This document shows, in pieces, positions 1 to 12,368 of a DNA stretch of 64,000 nt. The translations under genes and the position numbers were made by a program. The stretch lies in the NCBI GenBank assembly GCA_964247055.1, contig OZ176052.1, positions 9,362,001-9,426,000 of the forward strand, given 5' to 3'. How positions within the stretch are numbered: the stretch's first letter is position 1; every line of letters begins with the position of its first letter. The notes beneath the pieces were generated by a model, which was not told the DNA's origin, did not search any database, and worked only from the letters and a program-made list of their open reading frames with translations. The stretch comes from Paragordius varius. Taxonomy: Eukaryota > Animalia > Nematomorpha.

Positions 1-889
1 TTACATTAAAATACATTTATTTGCCTGAATTAACGATATGAAAAATTTTATAGAAAAAATGGCGGCGAAAAAATTTGAGATGAGGATTTTTTACAATTTT
101 ACATTTTTTTAAAAAATATTTTTATATAATGCGCCCAATAGGATAAAGAAAGCATAATTTTAAATTCGGTTTAATACCTTAAATACTTTTAAAGATATTC
201 AAAATATATCGCTCTGGGATAAACTTCCTTAAAAGTGGAGCTTAAAACAAAAAACGCCGTTTGTTTTGCATTATTTTTATATTTAGCCAATGCACACATG
301 TCATGCAGGCTATATTTTAACCACGTTTACTTAAACATAAGTAATATCAAGATTTTGAAAAAATCTCTTTTATATTTCGATTTCTCATATGCATTTTAAT
401 GTATGTTTAGTAATTTTATTGCCAGTCAAAAAACATAAATGGTTTATCAAATGCGTAAAAACTGACCCACAAAATTATTTCGTAGTACACATATGAAAGA
501 TTGACGTGAGAATTAACATAGGCCTTAATTTGATGGACATTTAGTAATGTTAAATTTTGAGAATATTATAGCAATTTATGTTAACATTTGTAATATTGTT
601 GTTACGCATTCAGATGCGGAATTTTGTGGGTTTTTATCTTTGATAAATTAATAATAAAATACGTATCTTAAGATTTTTTATGTTAATTATTCCTAAATTT
701 ATTAATAAATATTTTTCAACATGCTAAATACCTGTATTAATCAATATTGGTGTTATAATTTTATATAGTTGTTATTACTAATTAAAAAATCACAGGTAAA
801 TACATATTTGTGAAATTTAAGTAGATTTTAGATTTTTGTCATATGTTTTGCATTGTTATATATTAATAATTTTTAAGTATTTCAGACAT

Positions 890-1860
890 TTTAATCAGGT
901 AAAAATGTGGTTTTTAAATTTAGACAAATTTAATTTTTTTGTTTTTTATGTAACATTGTTAATTGTAATCATTTACTACATATTTTGGACATTTTAATAA
1001 ATACAGGTAATAATTGCGGTTTTTAACAAATTTAGTAAAAATTAAGTTTTTTTTTGTTTTTTAGATTTTGCATTGTTAATTGTAATTATTCATTACATAT
1101 TTTGGACATTATAATAGATATAGGCAAAAAATGCGGTTTTTAACTAAAAATTTAGTTTTTTTAGGTTTTGCATTGTTAATTGTAATTAATTACTACATAT
1201 TTTGGACATTATAATAAATACAGGTAAAAATTGCCGTTTAAAATAAATTTAGTAAAAATTTAGTTTTTTTTGTTTTTTAGGTTTTCCATTTTTAATTGTA
1301 AATACATATTTTGGACATTATAAAAAATACAGGTAAAAATTGCGGTTTTTAACAAATTTAATAAATATTTAGTTTGTTTTGTTTTTTAGGTTTTCCATTT
1401 TTAATTGTAATTAATTAATACATATGTTGGACATTCTAATAAATACAGGTAAAAATTGCGGATTTTTTTTGTTTTATAGGATTTTCATTGTTAATTGTAA
1501 TTAATTAATTTTGGACATTTTAATTAATAGAGGTAAAAAATGAGGTTGTTTTTATATTTAGTAAAAATTTAATTTTTTCCTGTTTTTTTATTTAATATTG
1601 CTAATTGTAATTAATTACTACATATTTGGAAATTTTAAAAAATACAGGTGAAAATGGCGGTTTTTAACAAATTTCAAATGTAAAATTTTTTGTATTTTGT
1701 ATCATTGTTATTTAATTAATTACTAAATATTTTGGACATTTAAAAAAATGGTGTAAATTGCGGTTTTTAGTAAATTAGTAAATTTTTAAATTTTTTGTTC
1801 AACCTTGCTAATTTATTTATCACTATATATTTGTGATACATTGATATATACAGGTAAAAA
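890..1860 (+). repeat. Diverged about 110-115-bp tandem subrepeats in the left foldback arm
   Basis: Motif atacaggtaaaaattgcggttttt...ttttggacatt recurs at about 1003, 1120, 1220, 1330, 1445, 1530, 1645, 1755. Confidence 0.8.
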
Positions 1861-3479
1861 TTACTATGATTTTCGGTTTTGTAAAATATTATTTTTTTGT
1901 TTTACATTGATAATTAGTATATTAAATATAGTTAACATATCTGAGTAGGTAAAAATGCATGTTACGGTTTTATGTTTGCCATTATATTTTCCAAATCAAC
2001 TATTTATATTTTAACAAGCACCTTATGTCACCAAAGATTGAAAAAAAGATCAAGATATATAAAACATCTTTTAAAGTATCTGAATATCGCCAAATATAAA
2101 TAAATTTATTTAAATTATAAATGTATAATTATACAAAATATTCATAATATTATGTTTGAAATAAACATTCTTCTTATTGATATTAATACAGGTAATTTGT
2201 TTATATAAATGTTAGACGATGCGGTGTGCGTTCATGATGATCATATAGATTGAAGAATATAAGATGCATTAATTAAATGCAGATAATCCTGAAAATTTTA
2301 ATCACCATCATTTTCTAAGAAGATTCTTTCAACTAAAATATAAGATAATTAATATATTAGAAAATTGATACCTGGATTCTAGAATTATTTTCAACATATT
2401 TAAATATTGGGGGAAAAGTTTGAAAGGGAACTCAAAAGGTTGACTTGGCTTTTTAACAACTAAATTTGCAAAAAAATATTTTCTTCATGATAAAAAATTC
2501 AAAAATGATACTTTATGTTTTTTTCGTTCTACCATCCTAAACATAAATATGAAAAGGCTTATATGATTTTACCATACCTATGACGTCAAATAGAAACAAA
2601 TAATTTTTTTCAAAAGCTTTGAATGCAACAGCACTCCAAAAACTAAGCAGGCAACACTAACATTGTTTGCTTTGATGAAGAATAGTTTTTTATATTTATA
2701 GTTTAGGATGGTAAAACGAAAACGTAAAATAAAGTATCATTTTTGAATTTTTTATCATGAAGAAAATATTTATTTTGCAAATTTTGTTAAAAAGCCAAGT
2801 CAATCTTATTGAGTTCCCTTTCAAACTTTGAATGTTTCCCCCAATATTTAAATATGTTGAAAATACTTCTAGAATCCAGGTATCAATTTTCTAATATATT
2901 AATTATCTTATATTTTAGTTGAAAGAATCTACCTAGAAAATGATGGTGATTAAAATTTTCAGGATTATCTGCATTTAATTATTACATCTTATACTATTCT
3001 TCAATCTATATGATCATCATGAACGCACACCGCATCGTACATCATTTATATAAACAAATTACCTGTATTGATATCAATAAGAAGAATGTTAATTTTAAAT
3101 ATAATATGAATATTTTGTATAATTATACATTTATAATTTAAATAAATTTATTTATATTTGGCGATATTTAGAAACTTTAAAAGAAGTTTTATATATCTTG
3201 ATCTTATTTTTAATCTTTGGTGACATAAGGTGTTTGTTAAAATATAAATAGTTGATTTGGAAAATATATAAAACCGTAACATGCATTTTTACTTACTCAG
3301 GTATGTTAACTATATTTATCATATAAATTATCAATGTAAAAAAATAATATTTTAAAAAATTTAAAAAACCGCAAATCCTAGTAATTTTTACCTGTATATA
3401 TCAATGTATCACAAATATATAGTGATAAATAAATTAGCAAGGTTGAACAAAAAATAAAATTTTACTAATTTATTAAAAA

Positions 3480-4500
3480 CCGCAATTCACACCATTTTTT
3501 TAAATGTCCAAAATATTTAGTAATAATTAAATAACAATGATACAAAATACAAAAAATGTTACATATGAAATTTGTTAAAAACCGCCATTTTCACCTGTAT
3601 TTATTAAAATTTCCAAATGTGTAGTAATTAATTACAATTAACAATATTAAATAAAAAACAAGAAAAAAATTAAATTTTTACTAAATATAAAAACAACCTC
3701 ATTTTTTACCTCTATTAATTAAAATAATTTTTACTAAATTTATTATAAACCGCAATTTTTACCTGTATTTATTATAATGTCCAATATATGTATTAATTAA
3801 TTACAATTAAAAATGGAAAACTTAAAAAACAAAAAAAACTAAATTTTTAATTTGTTAAAAACCGCAATTTTTACCTGTATCTATTATAATGTCCAAAATA
3901 TGTATTAATTATTACAATCAAAAATGGAAAACCTAGAAAACAAAAAAAACTAAATTTTTACTAAATTTATTAAAAACCGCAATTTTTACCTGTATTTATT
4001 ATAATGTCCAATATATGTATTAATTAATTACAATTAAAAATGGAAAACCTAAAAAACAAAAAAAACTAAATTTTTAATTTGTTAAAAACCGCAATTTTTA
4101 CCTGTATTTATTATAATGTCTAATATATGTATTAATTAATTACAATTAAAAATGGAAAACCTAAAAAACAAAAAAAACTAAATTTTTAATTTGTTAAAAA
4201 CCGCAATTTTTACCTGTATTTATTATAATGTCTAATATATGTATTAATTAATTACAATTAAAAATGGAAAACCTAAAAAACAAAAAAACAAAATTTTTAA
4301 TTTGTTAAAAACCGCAATTTTTACCTGTATTTATTATAATCAAAATATGTATTAATTAATTACAATTAAAAATGGAAAACCTAGAAAACAAAAAAAAACA
4401 AAATTTTTACTAAATTTATTAAAAACCGCAATTTTTACTGTATTTATTATAATGTCCAAAATATGTAGTAAATGATTACAATTAACAATGTTACATGAAA
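3480..4500 (-). repeat. 111-115-bp tandem subrepeats in the right foldback arm, more homogeneous than the left
   Basis: cgcaattttt(acctg) starts at 3751, 3863, 3978, 4090, 4202, 4313, 4427 (periods 112, 115, 112, 112, 111, 114); diverged copies near 3480 and 3585. Confidence 0.9.
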
Positions 4501-6097
4501 AAACAAAAAAAATAAATTTGTCTAAATTTAAAAACCAAATTTTTACCTGATTAAAATGTCTGAAATACTTAAAATTTATTAATAATTAACAATGCAAAAC
4601 ATAAATGACAAATATCTAAAATCTACTTAAATTTTCACAAATATATATTTACATGTTTTTTTAATTAGTAATAACAACTATATAATAAAATACCAATATT
4701 GATTAATACAGGTATTTATGTTGAAAAATATTTATTATTAAATTTAGGAATAATTAACATAAAAAATCTTAAAATACGTATTTTACTATTTATTAATTTA
4801 TCAAAGATAAAAACCCACAAAATTCCGCATCTGAATACGTAACAACAATATTACAAATGTTAACATAAATTGCTATAATATTCTCAAAATTTAACATTAC
4901 TAAATGTCCATCAAATTAAAGCATATGTTAATTCTCACGTCAATCCTCTTTCATATGTGTACTACGAAATAATTTCGTGGGTCAGTATTTTACGCATTGG
5001 ATAAACCATTTATATTTTTTGACTGGCAATAAAATTACTGAACATACATTAAAATGCATAAGTACGAATTGCCATTGTTACAAATTATTCCATGTTTCTT
5101 CTTGAAATATCTGATTTTATATAGTGGGGTCATTATTACCAATTTGAATTGAAGGTTTAAAATAAAAGTGTAACTAAGTGTCAAAGTTAAAAAAAAAATT
5201 TTTATCATAATATTTTTTTATATGGTACAAAACAATAATTGCAGGCTAAAACTTTGGTAATTCTTTTACAATATTTAAAAAAATTGCTTTAGAATGCATA
5301 TATTTGTTAGATATCGTTGTTTAAGATTTTCAAATAAATTGTTTTTTTTGCATCAAAAACTATCCCATATAGCATTTTTAAAAATTATGTAATAGCTTAT
5401 TTATACTTACTATAAAAATAAGTCCACTCTAATATAAAAAGAGATTTTAATATAAAATTTTAAAATTGATTTGGTATCACCTTTATAGTAAGAGGCTAAA
5501 TTTATTTAAATTTATAAAACGCTATTAATATAGGCAAATAATATAAGATGGTTAGAAAATGTATATTAACTTTATTAAGCTTTCAAGATGCATTTCATCA
5601 TGAAATTTTTTATTGATTTATAAATCAGCTGTTAAGTTCAATATTGTGTCACAATTTTAGACTCTAGAAGTCACAACAAATTAATTTTTTTTTTTCATCA
5701 AATACATACAGGAGAACAGGGTTTGATTATTGATTTTCAATTATAAAAACTTTCAAAACAGTAGTTTATAAGATCTGGGATATAGGACTACCCTTATATG
5801 TCATCGCAGACAAAAAATAAAAATTGATAAAGTAAGCGAACTGCCCATTAGGAGGGCCAAAATATTTGGGGACTTTCCAAGCCCACATTTAAAAATAATT
5901 TTTTTAAAAATTATTGTTTTGCCTTTATGTGTATATATATATATAGTTTATAATATATTTGACTAATTATTGGATTATCCAAAAAAATTTATTTTAAAAA
6001 ATTGAGCAAATCATTTTCTGATATCGACAAAAGTGTATATAACTCTAAATCATTCGTAGCGCAAAAACAAAACCTCAATGATAACCTTATACATTTT

Positions 6098-6099
<2 letters not shown>

Positions 6100-6133
<34 letters not shown>
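6100..6133. repeat. (TA)n microsatellite
   Basis: About 17 uninterrupted TA units. Confidence 0.95.
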
Positions 6134-6136
<3 letters not shown>

Positions 6137-7836
6137 TTTCTCGAATTAGTTTTTTGACACTCTGCAAGTGAAAATTAGAGTTTTTTCAATAAAATTATCA
6201 ATTAAGTGGCATACAAATCGTTTTGATTATCTATTTGATTCAAATTGAAGTAAACGATACCACACTATATTTTAAGTTGTATTAAAACAACGAAAGAAAC
6301 CGTTCCAATTTTACTTCTATCCTGATAAAAATTTTATATATAAGCCAATATATCTGAATCTTTAGTATTAAAAAAAGTTCCATATCAAACTACAACGACA
6401 CCATTTTTATTTTACAAATTTTTTAAAAAATTTATGTTTATTTGTTATTAATAGGGTTGTGCTGACCAAGTCATGACCAGGTCAGTGACTATTTATTTTT
6501 TAACCATGGTCATTTAAAAAAACAGCTGTTTTTTGATAAATTGCTAGTAAATTTTGTTGGAAGAAAGATATTAAGATTTTATTGTTTTTGAATATATTTT
6601 TTACAAAATCTATAGATTTATAAAAAGGGAAAATTCTGGTTTTGTGATCTGGTACCGGAAAACCGGTAGACCCAATCAAATCCAAATATCGAAAAAATAT
6701 AATCATTAATAAATGTCCCGACAATAGCTTCGCCCTTTTTTGAAATAGGCCCCCAGTTCGGGCATACCCCGTGTGAAAAACGGGTTAAGACAATTTTCCG
6801 GAGAACGTGTTGGACCATTCAATTTCAAATATGATTTTTGTTTACTTATTTTCGATCGCGCCGAACATAGTCGTCTAACATTTTTAATTTAGGCCCTCTT
6901 TTTACCCGCTTCCGCCGTAAAATACCTTTTTTTTCAAAAAACAAAGTCCGCGAAAATAATTTTTTTAAATCTATTTTTCGACCAAGGTATGAGACCGTAA
7001 AGATTCAATAAAGATTCCACGTATTCCCTGCTAAAAGACAAAAATTTTAGTCAAGCGTTTCTATGATGATAGCTACTGGGTAATGAGCTACCCGCTAAAA
7101 ACTGATTTTTCATGTGGCTTTGTGATCTGTTTCTGGAAAACCGGTGAACCCATTCAAATCCAAACATAGAAAAAATATAATCATTAATGAATGCCTCGAC
7201 AATAGCTTGCCCTTTTCTGAAATAGGCCTGCAGTTCGGGCCCACCCCGTGTGAAAAACGGGTTGAGACAATTTTCCGGAGAACGTGTTAGACCATTCAAT
7301 TTCAAACATGATTTTTGTTTACTTATTTTCGATTGCGCCGAACATAGTCGTCTCACATTTTTGATTTAGGCCCTCTTTTTACCCGCTACCCCCGTAAAAT
7401 GCCATTTTTTTCAAAAAAAACAAAGTCCACAAAAATAATTTTTTGATTGTATTTTTTTGCCCAAGGTATGAGCCTGTAAAAATTCAATAAGGATTTTTCG
7501 TATTCCCTGTTAAAAGGCAAAAATTTTAGTCAAACGTTTCTTTGATGATAGCTGCTGAATAAGGAGTATCTATCATATGCATAGGATGTTAAAAAATATA
7601 TGGATAATAAAACATTATTTATGGTAATCTATATATTTAAAAAATGGTAAATGCTGGCTTTGTGATCTGGTACCGGAAAACCGGTAGACCCAATCAAATC
7701 CAAATATCGAAAAAATATAATCATTAATAAATGCCCCGACAATAGCTTCGCCCTTTTCTGAAATAGGCCCGCAGTTCGGGCCCACCCCGTGTGAAAAACG
7801 GGTTGAGACCATTTTCCGGAGAACGTGTTGGACCAT

Positions 7837-8103
7837 TGAAAAGTTGATTTATTCACGTATAGCAATATGGTATATTAAAATAGAGTTGAGCGATAAAAAG
7901 AAAACCAAAATAAAAAAGTGACTGGCTATTATATCACAAGTTCTTTTTATGTGTGCATGCCTTATTTGCGTAGACGTTACACAAGAGTTATTCTCAACAA
8001 CAGATAAGCTTTAACACGAAATATATATATAATATTCAAATACAAAATAACTGATGCAACATGAATTGAGTGTGTTAACAAAATAGAATATTATAACCTT
8101 ACA
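7837..8103 (-). repeat. 3' LTR (267 bp)
   Basis: Minus strand TGTAAGGTTATAA...CAACTTTTCA; preceded by the purine tract AGGGGGAAA within 8104-8119. Confidence 0.95.
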
Positions 8104-8119
8104 TTAGTTTCCCCCTAAG
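8104..8119 (-). promoter_or_regulatory. Polypurine tract of the LTR element
   Basis: Minus strand CTTAGGGGGAAACTAA immediately upstream of the 3' LTR. Confidence 0.75.
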
Positions 8120-8154
8120 TTAACCACGGGGGCTGTCGTGTTCGTACATTATAC

Positions 8155-11100
8155 CTATAAGTTTAAACGATCGGGAGGCTGCCGTCTTCTTAGCGGATAT
8201 CTACGCTCGGGTAGGACAGAAACCTCCTTTACCACGTCGGGTGTGGCCTCTACAGGCGTCAGCGATTCTGGGGCTACGTCTTGCCATGAGGTAGCAGGAG
8301 TTGGGACATGGACTATTTGAGATTCCGAGGTGGGATGGAAGGTTTGTTCGGAGTGGGCTCCCTCGACATGACCCGGGACACTTTCGACGCTGGGATATTT
8401 ATGCTCTATTAAGGGTTTAGTTTCGTATGAATTCCCTCCTGACCTACGTCGTAACTGATCTGCATGTTTACGTTTTCGAATCCCTTCCTCATCTTGCACT
8501 TCATACGAGAGTAACCCCCTTCTTTCCAGAATGTGACCTGGCCGCCAGCCTAAGGCCATTTCATTTTTAATATAGACAGGATCGTCTTGTTGGAATTCGC
8601 GTCTCGGTTCACGTGTTCTATAAATTCGACAGGGGTTGTTTTTACCCAAGAGATAGGATTGTGTACACGCCGTTTTAGGAATATGGCGGAAGGCGCTTCT
8701 TTTAGCGAAGAATGCATGCTAGTTCGATACGAATAAAGGACAGAGTTAAAAGCTTCATATGCATGCATTTGTTGGGTCTTAGTAGCGGCGTATTTCGTTT
8801 TTAATGTCTTTATTACTCTCTCTACTAGACCGTTTGTTTTGGGGTGATAGGGTGCTGCACAGATGTGCTTTATATTCATCTGATTTAGGATAGTCGTAAA
8901 TTCTCTTGAAGTAAAATACGTGGCATCATCGGTCACAATTTGGCGGGGAAAACCAAATCGTGCGATGTGTTTTTCCAGGCAATTTAAAACGCTTTGACTC
9001 GTTATTGATTTAAGAAGATCTATCTCTACCCACCATGAGGCGCTATCGATAGTCACTAACCAATAATATCCGTCCACCGGTCCAGCAACATCTATATGTA
9101 ACCTTTCCCATGTCAAAGTGTTAAAATTCCATCGATAGGGAAGATTTTCAGCTGCGTTAGGTCGATAGGTTTGGCAAGCCTCGCACCTTTCCACATAATT
9201 CGCTAGATCGGTGTCTAATTCGGGCCAAAATACCGAACACCGGGCTTGGGCTTTCATTGTTTTTAGCCCGCTGTGTCCCGCATGCAGAAGTTTCAATATC
9301 GCTTCCTGCATCGCTTGTGGTATCACTAAGCGATCATTCAGGTATAACAGATTATAACAATACTCCAAGTCGTTTTTTTTATGTTTTAAAAAAGGTTTCA
9401 GATCTTCGTCGATCCAACTGTTTGTCCTGAGAGCATTTTTAACTTTTGATAACCGTTGGTCAGTGATCGTTGCCTCTTCGACCACTTTCTTATTTACATC
9501 CAGCGTTTTTAGAGCCAAAAATCGTAACTGCTTGGTGGCCGCGTCATCTTCATCATCTGGTTGGCTATGCTCTATGGGAAGTCTCGACAACGCGTCGGCT
9601 AAGTTTTCTTCCCCTTTCTTGTAAAATATTTCATACTCGTACCAGATGGTATTCGATATCCACCTGAGCAGTTTGCTATTATTAATGTTGTTGATGTCTC
9701 TCTTCCGCCCAAATAGTGACACCAGCGGTTTATGATCTGTATATATCTCGAACGGCCTTCCATATATAAAGTATTTAAATTTTTCTAGGGCAAACACTAT
9801 GGCCTTGGCCTCTTTTTCGATCGTGGAATAACCCTTTTCTGCTATTGAACAAGTTCGTGACGCGTAAAAAATTGGGCGTTTCCCCTGTGGGGTCTTATGA
9901 AACAGTATTGCCCCAAACCCCTTGTTGGAAGCATCTGTTTCGATCAACAAGGGAAAACGGTCGTTAAATGGCATTAAAGCGGGGGGCCTGGTTAGCAAGC
10001 TTTTTGCTTTCGCGAATTCACTATCATCTGCCGGGGTCCACCGCCAAGGTGTATTCTTTCCACTTAACTTGTGTAAGGTTGCTAGGTGTGGGTGACAGTT
10101 TGGTATAAACCGCTCATGAAAATTTATTAAGCCTAAGAACGAACGTAGCTCAGTTTTGTTTGTAGGTGTCGGACAATTTTTAATGGCCTCTAATTTTTCA
10201 TTGGACGGCTCAATACCTTGGTCAGAAATCACGTACCCCATGTATTTGACTCGTGAGATACCAATTTGCAATTTGTCTCGGCGCAATCGTAATCCCGCCT
10301 CTTGTAACCTTCTAAATACTTCCCTTAATCTTTGATCATGTTCCTCCCTGGTAGCTCCGGAAATTAAGACATCATCCAGGTACAACAAATACCAGGTATG
10401 TCCTTTAAAAGATTGTCCATGCATCTTTGAAAGATCATAGGTGCTGAAGTTAATCCGAATGGAAGTCGTTGGTAAGCATAAAATCCTTTGTGAGTTGTGA
10501 TGGTTACTAGCGTCTGGGACGCCCGGTCTATCGGAAATTGGAAGTAAGCATCTTTCAGGTCTAAAGTGGAAAAAATTATCCCATTTGCCACTTTGGTGGC
10601 CAACTCGTCAAAAGTAGGTATCAGATGAGAATCCTTTGCTAAATAACGGTTTATACTAATTCGGAAATCGGCACATATCCTAATTTCTCCATTTCCTTTA
10701 ACTATATTTACTGTGGGAGAGGCCCATGTTATTGGGGTTTGGGTCGGATCGATAGGTCGGAGTATTTTGAGTTTAACTAATCTATCAATTTCATTTTCTA
10801 CTAAAGGTTTTAGAGTTAAAGGTACCCTACGACAAGGAAAAACTTTAGGTTTGGCCCGGGGTCGATAAATAATTTTATTGGGGGCCCTTTGAAAGTACCT
10901 AACTCGTCTGAAAACAATTTGTCAAAATAATCAAATAACATTTTATTATTAGGTGCTTGCGTATGTAAAACGGAAAAAACATTTTTTGGGAATTCTAACC
11001 GAAACGCCCGCATCCAATTCATCCCGAACACGGCTGGCGGGTTAGTTTGCGTCACCACGCAGGGCAGGCACTTCTCCTCTTCGTTCAAAACCACTGAAAT

Positions 11101-11418
11101 CATCGATTTTCCGAGTACTTCTATCGGGCCATCATTGTAGGTTCGCAAATTTGGAGCTGGGAGCAAACGAGGTCGACCAATATTTACCCAAGTGCGCTTG
11201 CCAATAACGGATACCTCGGTGCCCGTATCGTAGATAAACGTTGTTGGTATATTATTTATTAATACTTGAATCCGGGGGGTGTTGTTCGGGCTAGTCATGG
11301 TGCGGATTGACGGCCGTCGGAACGTTGCCTTGCATACTGTGCTGAAATGATTCTGTCGCAATTGAAACACCGTTTTCCTTTTGCCGGACAGGTGGCGGAA
11401 CCATGTCGATACCCACAA
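8155..11418 (-). pseudogene. pol (protease, RT, RNase H, integrase) with frameshifts
   Basis: PR FIYDTGTEVSVI; RT FSTLDLKDAYFQ, RLPFGLTSAPMIFQ, YLDD; RNase H IETDASNKGFGA; IN HAGHSG...CEAC, HIDVAGP, TDDATYF, NGLVERVIKTLK; C-terminal WRPGHI...KHADQLR. Frame changes near 10860, 10390 and 8605. Confidence 0.93.
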
Positions 11419-12088
11419 TTACTACATAGCTTTCGGGTTATTTGATTGATTGTATTATTATCATTAACAACTGGTTAGATACTTGAAGGAAGTTCACTGG
11501 TATTATTATTGTTCATATCATTATTATCTCTGATGTTGTGAACCTTTTTATCTTCTAATTCATAGGAATAAGCGATGTCTACAATCGCTTGAAGGGTTAC
11601 CGGACCCCCGTCCTTTTTGCCATCTGGATATTTGGATTGAATTTCGCGTTCGACTCTGGGATTTTCAAGACCTACCAGGAATAAATCGCGTAATTTTGAC
11701 TGAATATCCCCTTCAAATTTCCCGGCTTCACACTTTGCTTTCAGACGTTCCAGGAAATCCATGACTGATTCATCTGCATTTTTTTTAATCGGTAGAATTC
11801 AACTCGATTTAACCATAGGCTGCTGATTGGTGAATATATCTGAGTTGTCAAGGTTGCAATTTCCTCCCATTTCATGTCATCTATGAGTTTTGGGTATGCT
11901 AAAGTTTCGATTTTCATTATTACTTGAATACCGCCGAAAGCGAGAAAGGTGCGTTTCATTGTGGTGTCATTGGATTCGATATTTTTGGAATTTAAGACTC
12001 TCCTGATGTGACGTATATATTGAGTAAAATTCATCGGTTTCTTAAAAGGCTCCAAAATCAGTTTTGAAATGTCCAACGCTTGGCTCAT
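11330..12088 (-). pseudogene. gag with two CCHC-type knuckles, disrupted
   Basis: ORFs 11741-12088 and 11475-11762 (LRDLFLVGL). After the in-frame TAA at 11475-11477 the same frame reads CSNCGYRHGSATCPAKGKRCFNCD, then a frameshift into NHFSTVCK. Confidence 0.85.
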
Positions 12089-12098
12089 TGAAAACTAA

Positions 12099-12108
12099 CA
12101 CGGCACCA
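12099..12108 (-). promoter_or_regulatory. Primer-binding site complementary to the tRNA-His 3' end
   Basis: Minus strand TGGTGCCGTG, 2 nt after the 5' LTR; eukaryotic tRNA-His ends ...CACGGCACCA. Confidence 0.85.
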
Positions 12109-12110
12109 AA

Positions 12111-12368
12111 TGAAAAGTTGATTTATTCACGTATAGCAATATGGTATATTAAAATAGAGGTGAGCGATAAAAAGAAAACCAAAATAAAAAAGTGACTGGC
12201 TATTATATCACAAGTTCTTTTTATGTGTGCATGCCTTATTTGCGTAGACGTTACACAAGGGTTATTCTCAACAACAGATAAGCTTTAACACGAAATATAT
12301 ATATTATTCAAATACAAAATAATGCAACAGGTGAGTGTGTTAACAAAATAGAATATTATAACCTTACA
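12111..12368 (-). repeat. 5' LTR (258 bp)
   Basis: Direct repeat of 7837-8103, with 2 clear substitutions in the first 150 nt and a few small indels or substitutions near the other end. Confidence 0.95.

Larger units (their letters stand above)
388..5060. mobile_element. Foldback-type non-autonomous DNA element: about 4.67-kb palindrome with about 2.2/2.4-kb inverted arms and about 130-bp spacer
   Basis: 388-TATGCATTTTAATGTATGTT is the reverse complement of AACATACATTAAAATGCATA-5060. Complementarity continues inward to about 2556/2687; for example 2281-2340 vs 2911-2970 differ at 2 of 60 nt. TA at both outer ends is a possible TSD. No ORF in the track. Confidence 0.85.
240..5175 (+). mobile_element. 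Old, diverged piggyBac-like MITE remnant split by the foldback element (pieces about 240-389 and 5059-5175)
   Basis: 290-387 (tgcacacatgtca...aagtaatatcaag...tatatttcg) and 5061-5175 (agtacgaattgccattg...tggggtc...aatttgaattgaagg) resemble consecutive parts of the MITE copy at 15468-15712. Boundaries approximate. Confidence 0.5.
7837..12368 (-). mobile_element. Full-length but degenerate Ty3/gypsy LTR retrotransposon, Mag/K02A2.6-like
   Basis: Two direct LTRs (TG...CA on the minus strand); 5-bp TSD ACCAT at 7832-7836 and 12369-12373; PBS and PPT present; domain order gag-PR-RT-RNaseH-IN. Mag-like features are two gag zinc knuckles and a 5-bp TSD. Confidence 0.95.

Noticed and set aside
10390-11750. 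Programmed ribosomal frameshifts in the LTR element
   Set aside because: There are too many breaks and they fall inside conserved motifs (zinc knuckle, YLDD region), so decay or sequencing error is more likely.
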